A stretch of 21,678 nt of DNA, from IMG/VR virus record IMGVR_UViG_2061766007_000596; one strand, written 5' to 3'. The position numbers and the translations under genes are program-made. Below are positions 1 to 6,219 of this stretch, piece by piece. Each line of letters begins with the position of its first letter. Position 1 is the stretch's first letter. The DNA is from an uncultured virus (IMG/VR IMGVR_UViG_2061766007_000596) (Duplodnaviria > Heunggongvirae > Uroviricota > Caudoviricetes). A model generated the notes under the pieces. It was given only the letters and a program-made list of their open reading frames with translations, was not told the origin of the DNA and did not search any database.

Positions 1-905
1 ATATCCGTTGTAGATGCGGGAGCTGCTGATATGATGCTACCAGTGATATCGATACCGGTGCCTGCATAGTAGGTTGTTCCACCTCCACCGCCGCCATTAA
101 AAGGGGTCAGGGTTTGATCTGTTGAATTACCAGCATAGTAATCTCTAGTAATTTGTCTATAATAAAATGGACTATCATATGCAATTCCCTCATAGGTTGC
201 ATCTGCATATGTAATCATAAAACCATTAGGTGCGCCATTATCATACAATACTTGAGATACTTCTTTATATGTTGTTCCATTTGTGCTGACTTCAATTTCT
301 AAATCATCTGCAGGAGTGTAATAATATCCACCACCTGTTGTTTCTTTTTCAAACATTGGTTCAGAATCTAAGAAATTAGTCGTAACTGTAGTAGTTCTAG
401 ATATCTCTGTCACCATACCATATATTACATCTTGAATATCAGATGATGGTAAAGTTGTGACATATACGATTGAACCACTATTCTCTCTACCACCTATGAG
501 TACATATTCTGTATTTGTTGCATCATAACGATAAATATATTCTGTATTTAAATCAATATATATTTTATCTGCGGATGGTGTTATTTCTGTAATATAAGTT
601 GATTCTTCATAAAACTTTCCATCTAAAGAATTAAGATAACCAAATACTTCTCCGCCATTTGAACCAGAACCACTTCCACCTATCTGTATATATGCTGTTT
701 CATTTTCATCATAACGATATAAATAATTAGAATCAAGATCTATATATATTAAACTAACAACATCATCTAATGCAGTCGTTAAAGATTGGTCTTCATAAAA
801 ATGAGTATGAGCTTCATTAATATAACCACTAATACTGTTAGATATATAATAAACTGAATCTACATTATTATGTCTAATGACAAATTTATCTAATACATTA
901 GGCAT
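1..905 (-). CDS. Putative tail fibre/virion structural protein (runs off the window edge; absent from the ORF track)
   Basis: ATG at 905 with RBS AGAAAGGAGA. Reads MPNVLDKFVIRHNNVDSVYY..., with two tandem repeats GY.N...FYE...IYIDL...Y.YRYD...Y..IGG and Gly/Ser linkers. Confidence 0.75.
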   Translation of the reverse strand, partial: MPNVLDKFVIRHNNVDSVYYISNSISGYINEAHTHFYEDQSLTTALDDVVSLIYIDLDSNYLYRYDENETAYIQIGGSGSGSNGGEVFGYLNSLDGKFYEESTYITEITPSADKIYIDLNTEYIYRYDATNTEYVLIGGRENSGSIVYVTTLPSSDIQDVIYGMVTEISRTTTVTTNFLDSEPMFEKETTGGGYYYTPADDLEIEVSTNGTTYKEVSQVLYDNGAPNGFMITYADATYEGIAYDSPFYYRQITRDYYAGNSTDQTLTPFNGGGGGGTTYYAGTGIDITGSIISAAPASTTD

Positions 906-948
906 TTATATCTCCTTTCTATGAGAAAAATTTTTTCTCATAAAATAT

Positions 949-1347
949 TTATTTATCTCCATAACAATAGTCAAGACAAAAACTAAAATCAGCAGGTACT
1001 AAAACTCTACTAAGAGATACTTCTGCTGGTCCTGTATCTGAACTTGGGTCTCTAGGGTCATTTACATCATCCCAATCTTCTCTTTGAAATTCATACATTC
1101 CTGTCTTGCCTATGTAATAGTCTTTTTCAATTCCATTCAATGTTAAAAATATAGGAAAATCTTTCCCATAATTACTATTAGAACAATATCCCATTTTATG
1201 AATAGCTGTGCTTCCTAATATTGAATTATCAATAATTTTATATGGAACATCATTTAATATTTCTCCGCCTACTCGAATATTACCTTTTTCTATTGGTTCT
1301 ATGGAGGCTATGTCACGTTCTGTTACTTGTTTAAAATTAATAGCCAT
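949..1347 (-). CDS. Hypothetical phage protein, probably virion-associated
   Basis: ORF-track ORF; AAGGAGG RBS favours the ATG at 1347 (MAINFK...). Lies within the structural gene run. Confidence 0.7.
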   Translation of the reverse strand: MAINFKQVTERDIASIEPIEKGNIRVGGEILNDVPYKIIDNSILGSTAIHKMGYCSNSNYGKDFPIFLTLNGIEKDYYIGKTGMYEFQREDWDDVNDPRDPSSDTGPAEVSLSRVLVPADFSFCLDYCYGDK

Positions 1348-1365
1348 TATGACCTCCTTATACAC

Positions 1366-1421
1366 AAAAAAATAATGCGGGCGCGGGGCTAGATAAATCT
1401 GCCCGAACCGGCGCCCGCATA
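1366..1421 (-). terminator. Rho-independent terminator
   Basis: ATGCGGGCGC...GCGCCCGCAT GC-rich stem followed by TATTTTTTT on the minus strand. Confidence 0.7.
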
Positions 1422-1422
1422 C

Positions 1423-2052
1423 TTAATCCATAGTAAAAACTATTGCATTATCTTCAACTGATGGAAGAGTTCCATAGCTAAAGTATAGATAATTATCAAC
1501 TATCGTAGGACTGTATCCACTATAAGATTCCCATGTAGGAGCTGTATTCTCACCATTAGAAACTAACACTTGTCCTACGTTTCCAGAATTTGTAGGTGCA
1601 TAAAAATCAGCTACATCTCCTGTTTTATCTTGTCCATTAAGTATTACTGAAGTTCCACCTTTAGTAACCCAGGCGTTAACTGGAGTATCACCTGTGGAAT
1701 CTCTATCATAAGTTAAAGAATTAATGGTGACTTGATTATTTAAATCGTCAAATGCTTCAATAGTGTAACCACTATCTGTGCCTGATGTATCGCTATAAAC
1801 AATATCTCCAACTTCAGGCTCTTCCGCCTTTGTGTAATAAGTATTTGTTAAGTCTGTCCATTCATAATATGTCTCTATTGTTGTATATAAATAGATGCTC
1901 CCCTGCTGAAAGTTAGCAGAGGAAGCACCATTATATAATACAATATCATTTAATTCTGGAGAGGCGGGCATTGTAGTTACTGTTCTAAGTTTTTGATTAA
2001 CATATTCAGCAACTTCAGTAAGACCTTGGAGGTTTAAATATTTATCTGCCAT
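1423..2052 (-). CDS. Putative tail fibre/appendage protein
   Basis: GGAGGT RBS; N-terminal MADKYLNLQGL motif; 'GQVLVSNG...PTW' fibre-type motif; Thr/Asp-rich. Confidence 0.7.
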   Translation of the reverse strand: MADKYLNLQGLTEVAEYVNQKLRTVTTMPASPELNDIVLYNGASSANFQQGSIYLYTTIETYYEWTDLTNTYYTKAEEPEVGDIVYSDTSGTDSGYTIEAFDDLNNQVTINSLTYDRDSTGDTPVNAWVTKGGTSVILNGQDKTGDVADFYAPTNSGNVGQVLVSNGENTAPTWESYSGYSPTIVDNYLYFSYGTLPSVEDNAIVFTMD

Positions 2053-2079
2053 TTCGCACCTCCGTTGTAGCTTTAATTA

Positions 2080-3153
2080 TCAGATGAAAAGATCATCGAT
2101 TTCAGCATTAGTAATCGGAATGAAATCTCCGCTACTACCGGTTGACTGAGCTACCCAGTCAGCATTGGTTGCATCATAAGTATAAATAACAGCTTTCTTA
2201 TAAGCATCAGCTTCAGTATAATAAATTGTTGCAGGATTTACAGTTGTATCTGTAGAAGCTACAAATTCACATGCATAGTATGTTTTACTTGTAACATCAG
2301 TAATATCTGTACTACGTACATAGAATACTGCTGAAGGATCTGTTGAATCTTCTTCATAAAGAACTTGCTGTTTAGGGTTGTAGATAGTAGAACGATCTGT
2401 TATTGCTGTTGCACTATCAAGTTCGAAATAACCATTTTCATTAGGGCGTCCTTCAGGAGTAGCTACTTTAGTATAAACCTTCTTATCTTCGCCCATGTAG
2501 AGGAATGTTCTTCCTTCTACCATTCTAGAAGCAGGAGACTGAGGGAATACATCACCGAACTCAAGATATCTATCTTCAAGATCGAATACTCCACCCATGA
2601 GATCCCATTTCATTACTGTTTCAGCTTCATAATATGTCTTTCCTGATACAGGAAGTCTATCAGATGTAAGCTCATAAACAGTTTCAGTAGTCTTAGCATA
2701 GTAAGTTTTGAGAGGATCTACTGTTGAATCAGCTGAAAGTGTATAATTAGTACCATCAAATTCATACCAACCTTCTGTTGAAGGGTTTTCTGTACCAACT
2801 GGTGTTACTGCTGTATAAACATCAACTGTCTTTTGCTCATAAAGACCAAGAGCTTTAGGGTCATCATCTGCTGCAAGAACTTTAGCAGTATAAGTACCTG
2901 TTAAAAGCTCAACAGCTGCAATGTTTTCACCATCAGCTACAATATGTCCAGCGCCTTCTACGAAGTCTGTAGTTGTAAGACCGCCGGTTTTAATATTGTA
3001 CATATAACCAGCCTTCTGTGTGTTAAGTGCAGGAAGGTGATCAATGTCGTCTACTGAACTTTTAAATACGATTGCAGAGATAGGAGCATATTTTTTATCA
3101 ATATTCTCAACTAATCTTTGCAGACCAGCATAATCAAGATATTTGTTAGCCAT
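2080..3153 (-). CDS. Putative tail fibre/appendage protein with internal repeats
   Basis: MANKYLDYAGL N-terminus and ITNAEIDDLFI C-terminus; about 4 repeats of NP...G(W/L/Y)YE...(S/T).D.T....KTYY. Confidence 0.75.
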   Translation of the reverse strand: MANKYLDYAGLQRLVENIDKKYAPISAIVFKSSVDDIDHLPALNTQKAGYMYNIKTGGLTTTDFVEGAGHIVADGENIAAVELLTGTYTAKVLAADDDPKALGLYEQKTVDVYTAVTPVGTENPSTEGWYEFDGTNYTLSADSTVDPLKTYYAKTTETVYELTSDRLPVSGKTYYEAETVMKWDLMGGVFDLEDRYLEFGDVFPQSPASRMVEGRTFLYMGEDKKVYTKVATPEGRPNENGYFELDSATAITDRSTIYNPKQQVLYEEDSTDPSAVFYVRSTDITDVTSKTYYACEFVASTDTTVNPATIYYTEADAYKKAVIYTYDATNADWVAQSTGSSGDFIPITNAEIDDLFI

Positions 3154-3180
3154 TTTTTTGTTTCCTTTCTAAAGAGTATT

Positions 3181-3696
3181 TTAAAAGAATAATGCGTCGA
3201 TATCATCGTCGCTAATTGTAGGTGGATACTGAGGTACCCACATTGTACCATCCCATAAATAAAAATAACCTTCATCTATAACATAGTACATTTTTCTGTC
3301 AGCTGAAGTAAATCGAGGTGGGAGTAAAGCGGCTGATTGTACGATATCATAATTTCCATCTGGAGAACCTATTGCATTCCATTTAGTTTCATCGAATACT
3401 GTATCTGAATTAGGAGTGATACAACGATAAAACATTGATGTATAAATAACTAAATCTCCATATTCATATGAGTAACCTGACTCCCATGTATAAATAGGTG
3501 TACCATCTTCAACATAAAGTTTACTCTCACGAGTGTCTCCATCATCATTCTTCCATTCAAAAGTTATAATATTTTGACCATTTTCTTTTATAATAGATTT
3601 AATTTTACATGGAGCACCTTTAAGTCCGCCAAATTGAATGGCGGTCTCATCCGTGTACTTCTTGGACAGGACGTAAGTAACAGCACTTAAACCCAT
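3181..3696 (-). CDS. Virion protein with a CBM5/12-like carbohydrate-binding module
   Basis: WESGYSYEYGDLVIYTSMFYRC...KW fits the W.....Y..GD.V.Y....Y.C pattern; C-terminal ISDDDIDALFF. Confidence 0.65.
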   Translation of the reverse strand: MGLSAVTYVLSKKYTDETAIQFGGLKGAPCKIKSIIKENGQNIITFEWKNDDGDTRESKLYVEDGTPIYTWESGYSYEYGDLVIYTSMFYRCITPNSDTVFDETKWNAIGSPDGNYDIVQSAALLPPRFTSADRKMYYVIDEGYFYLWDGTMWVPQYPPTISDDDIDALFF

Positions 3697-3708
3697 ACTG
3701 CCACCTCC

Positions 3709-3891
3709 TTAAAGCTCATGCCAAATTTTATCTGGACCAAGCATATATACACTTGAATTCTCTGTTACAAGACATGTGCTTCCTGGATAATAAGAGGTGT
3801 CTAACGAGTCAATGTCTGTTACGAGATCAGCTACAAGTTCAACCAATGCTGATTGTGTAGTATCTCCATTTTTATAGATATAAACTGCCAT
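3709..3891 (-). CDS. Small hypothetical virion-region protein
   Basis: GAGGAGGT RBS, 60 aa, PGSTCLV....VYML....W.EL. Confidence 0.7.
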   Translation of the reverse strand: MAVYIYKNGDTTQSALVELVADLVTDIDSLDTSYYPGSTCLVTENSSVYMLGPDKIWHEL

Positions 3892-3952
3892 TGGCTTAAC
3901 CTCCTCTTAGAAATATATATTTGAAAGAGTAATCTCTTCCATTTCCTCTATA

Positions 3953-3993
3953 TATTTAACTTTTTATTTATAAGCTTGAATAAAGTTTGTCCC
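3953..3993 (-). promoter_or_regulatory. Candidate non-sigmaA (late-type) promoter GGACAA-N27-TTAAATA
   Basis: Upstream of the structural operon; same motif and spacing at 18823-18863. Confidence 0.4.
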
Positions 3994-4103
3994 AACTTTT
4001 TTAGAACAGGAAGAATCCAATTTTAAAAATTTCTAAACACCTAGCCGATCCCCGCATGACGCCCCTTAGCGCTCCAAGCAGCCTTTTCTTTCATTTAACC
4101 AAT

Positions 4104-4148
4104 AAAAAAGAGCTAGTACCCGCATATAGCTGTCAATACTAGCTCTTT
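4104..4148 (-). terminator. Terminator closing the tRNA/ncRNA cluster
   Basis: AAAGAGCTAGTA...TACTAGCTCTTT stem running into a T-tract, just 3' of tRNA-Ser(GCT). Confidence 0.7.
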
Positions 4149-4150
4149 AA

Positions 4151-4235
4151 CGCTGTGAGAAGGTGTCGGACCTTCCTTCCCGTAAAGGAATCCTCTGATT
4201 AGCAATCAGGAGCCTTGCCGCTCGGCCACCACAGC
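4151..4235 (-). tRNA. tRNA-Ser(GCT)
   Basis: Acceptor GCTGTGG/TCACAGC, G73, loop TT GCT AA, long variable arm; atypical T-loop TCCGACA. Confidence 0.8.
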
Positions 4236-4245
4236 AATTTTAAAA

Positions 4246-4330
4246 CAATGCCCCAGGGACTCGAACCCTGAAACCCTTTCGAGGTCTACGGGTTTTCAAG
4301 ACCCGCCCTTCGTCCAGCCAGTCGAGCATC
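4246..4330 (-). tRNA. tRNA-Ser(TGA), atypical D region
   Basis: Anticodon arm CGGGT CT TGA AA ACCCG, long variable arm, T arm CAGGG TTCGAGT CCCTG, acceptor GATGCTC/GGGCATT, G73. Confidence 0.75.
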
Positions 4331-4339
4331 AAATATATA

Positions 4340-4371
4340 AATCGAGGTCTGAAACGCTTCAGACCTCGATT
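4340..4371. repeat. Perfect 14-bp inverted repeat
   Basis: AATCGAGGTCTGAA acgc TTCAGACCTCGATT; overlaps the stop codon of the small ORF. Confidence 0.8.
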
Positions 4372-4493
4372 CCCGCATTTCTCAATTCTCTTTCAAGTTT
4401 TCTAAGTACACCAGGACATTTAATATTCTTCTGGCTTTGCTTTAATCTATTATACCTATCTTTTGTTATTGCAATCTTATCTTCCTTACTCAT
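4359..4493 (-). CDS. Small basic hypothetical protein (44 aa)
   Basis: MSKEDKIAITKDRYNRLKQSQKNIKCPGVLRKLERELRNAGIEV*; alternative upstream start at 4520; GAAAGGTAGG upstream. Confidence 0.55.
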   Translation of the reverse strand: MSKEDKIAITKDRYNRLKQSQKNIKCPGVLRKLERELRNAGIEV

Positions 4494-4529
4494 TCCCAAT
4501 GGAGTGTACCTACCTTTCATAAATTTTAA

Positions 4530-4648
4530 ATATATGGGTAGGGATTTGCACCCTACATAGTATTATGTGAGCACGCCCTTCGACGTTCAGAGTTAACCCA
4601 CTCCCTAATCATCTGACTATTAGCGTCTACCTATTCCGCCACCATATA
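4530..4648 (-). ncRNA. tRNA-like RNA with Leu-type D arm and a ~54-nt insert in place of the anticodon loop
   Basis: Acceptor TATATGG/CCATATA, D region TGGCGGAATAGGTAGACGC, stem ATAGT...ACTAT, T arm TAGGG TGCAAAT CCCTA. Confidence 0.7.
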
Positions 4649-4892
4649 TGCGATTTCTCGACTTATGATTAGATTAACCATAACTAATCTTGAATAGCTC
4701 GTCCGCGACCTCGCATAGTCCTTTCCACTATTCATTCTCTTGTTGCGATTTAAGAGATGGTTTTTACCCCGCTTCCTAAAAGCCCTAGTTTTCTGACTAC
4801 TTATAGTTCTAGTCTTAAAGGCGCGTTTTTCTTAGGGCGTGTATTCTTTTGGCATGAGTGAATAGTAACTCATTTTGCCTTGCCAAGGCGAA

Positions 4893-4975
4893 TGCACTCT
4901 GTGGGACTTGAACCCACAAGACTCTAGGTCAAGGGATTTTAAGTCCCTCGTGTTTACCGATTTCACCAAGAGTGC
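4893..4975 (-). tRNA. tRNA-Leu(TAA)
   Basis: Acceptor GCACTCT/AGAGTGC, A73, AGGGA CT TAA AA TCCCT, variable arm, GTGGG TTCAAGT CCCAC. Confidence 0.92.
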
Positions 4976-4982
4976 AAATTTC

Positions 4983-5083
4983 TAGACACATTTCTTGAGG
5001 TGGGAATCGAACCCACATTTTCGATTTTGCAGATCGATGTCTTAACCTTTTGACTACATAAGTTAATTTGCTGCATGTGTCTA
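4983..5083 (-). ncRNA. CAGCAA-stem RNA E1, enclosing a tRNA-Cys(GCA)-like body
   Basis: Terminal stem TAGACACAT/ATGTGTCTA plus GCAGCAA; inner D arm, TCGAT CT GCA AA ATCGA, GTGGG TTCGATT CCCAC; inner acceptor stem poorly paired. Confidence 0.7.
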
Positions 5084-5086
5084 TAG

Positions 5087-5170
5087 TCGGGGTAGAGGGT
5101 ATCGCGCCCACTCGAAGACTAAGCTAGTTGATTTACAGTCAACCCCACCTCTTTAATGGATTACACCCCG
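5087..5170 (-). tRNA. tRNA-Tyr(GTA), atypical
   Basis: GTTGA CT GTA AA TCAAC, variable arm, acceptor CGGGGTG/TACCCCG plus A73; T-loop CGCGATA. Confidence 0.7.
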
Positions 5171-5176
5171 ATATAC

Positions 5177-5284
5177 AAGGCTCTGCTCAGCTAATGCACT
5201 CCCAACTGTGCTACTCGTAAAAGCTTACAAGACAAGATTCGAACTTGCGACACCTAGCGGTATTTGGTTTGCTGTATGAGCCTT
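5177..5284 (-). ncRNA. CAGCAA-stem RNA E2: circularly permuted tRNA mimic (YrlA-like architecture)
   Basis: AAGGCTC ATACAGCAA..GCTAG GTGTC GCAAG TTCGAAT CTTGT CTTGTAA GCTT TTACGAG TA GCAC AGTTGGGA GTGC A TTAGC..GAGCCTT. Confidence 0.75.
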
Positions 5285-5287
5285 TAA

Positions 5288-5408
5288 GGCGGAAAGACGA
5301 GATTCGAACTCGCAACAACGTGCTCCCCAAGCATTAGAAAAGATTGCTGTTTCTGTCTACATCTAGACAATTTCTATAAACGCGCTCTACCATTGAGCTA
5401 CTTTCCGC
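5288..5408 (-). ncRNA. CAGCAA-stem RNA E3: tRNA body whose anticodon arm is replaced by the CAGCAA module
   Basis: GCGGAAAG TA GCTC AATGGTA GAGC ... TTGTCTA GATG TAGACAG AAACAGCAA ... GCGAG TTCGAAT CTCGT CTTTCCGC. Confidence 0.75.
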
Positions 5409-5558
5409 ATAAAACCAACCTTTAATCTACTTCGGAACATATTCAAGTTTCACCTAACTTAGAGTTCCTAACGTTCCAACTTGGTTGGGTGGTGAAGTTA
5501 TTTAAGATGTATCCGTTTCAAAGATACAAATGCATTCCTAGGTTTTTCAATGCTTTAA

Positions 5559-5629
5559 TAGCGGGTGCGAGATTCGAACTCGCGTCTCAAGGTTATGACC
5601 CTTGCAAGGCTCCGCTCCTCTAACCCGCG
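5559..5629 (-). tRNA. tRNA-Met(CAT), initiator-like
   Basis: CGCGGGT/ACCCGCT with unpaired C1, A11:T24, CAAGG GT CAT AA CCTTG, GCGAG TTCGAAT CTCGC; only two G:C pairs at the base of the anticodon stem. Confidence 0.8.
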
Positions 5630-5752
5630 TCATAGCCCCGTCACCACTCAGGGCGAATTTACTCACTCATTTACTATTGTTGAATGTTACACGCGCGGTA
5701 AATGTCTTTCAATTCTTTGCCAAACCATCTGCAGATAATTTGGCCTGGTGAA

Positions 5753-5825
5753 TCGAACCTAGGGGAGTTGAACCCACTGTTTCAAGAATGAAAATCTTGT
5801 GTACTAACCATTATACGAAGGTCCG
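5753..5825 (-). tRNA. tRNA-Glu(TTC)
   Basis: CGGACCT/AGGTTCG, D stem GTAT/GTAC, CAAGA TT TTC AT TCTTG, T-loop TTCAACT. Confidence 0.85.
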
Positions 5826-5997
5826 AGGGTGGCGGGAAGGGGGATCCCGCCGGAGAGGTAATTGCCTATGAACTTCACAGATATGCGTCGCACTTGAGGG
5901 GTAGTGTCTTCTTCCCTCTCCTCTCGTTAAGGTCAACCTTAGTTTCCTAGGCGAGTGAGCACTTGCTCTAAAGTGTAGACGTGTCACCATCTGCGAA

Positions 5998-6070
5998 TAT
6001 CCGCTGCAGGATTCGAACCTGCGTCACTTGGCTGAGAACCAAGTATCCTTAGCCTCTAGACGAAGCAGAC
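5998..6070 (-). tRNA. tRNA-Glu(CTC)
   Basis: GTCTGCT/AGCGGAT, CTTGG TT CTC AG CCAAG, GCAGG TTCGAAT CCTGC. Confidence 0.9.
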
Positions 6071-6219
6071 AAGTACTCGTCATTCCTCACGAGCGGGAGA
6101 GGTTTCGCTTGCTTTTAACGTCATCGAGCAGTTTGCACTCTACTTTTTGGACGAAAGACAGGAAGAGTTGCGGGTTATTGCCGGCCTCTTTCTTCAAGCC
6201 TTTTCAGCTAAAAAGCATG

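Noticed and set aside
2365..2646. Plus-strand ORFs antisense to real genes or RNAs (also 6028, 6553, 7556, 9275, 9872, 11563, 11708, 12094, 12856, 14739, 17004, 17761, 19173)
   Set aside because: No convincing RBS, atypical composition, and overlapping better-supported minus-strand features.
4929..5111. ORF-track 60-aa ORF
   Set aside because: Overlaps tRNA-Leu, E1 and tRNA-Tyr; a shadow of RNA genes.
5830..5897. Plus-strand RBS plus 9-codon ORF (MNFTDMRRT), or an anti-Shine-Dalgarno-like stretch on the minus strand
   Set aside because: Too short to distinguish from chance, and the ORF is antisense to the cluster transcript.
6075..6130. Hammerhead-like words (CGATGA...GCGAAAC plus hairpin)
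   Set aside because: The core is not CUGANGA and there is no UH cleavage site after stem III.
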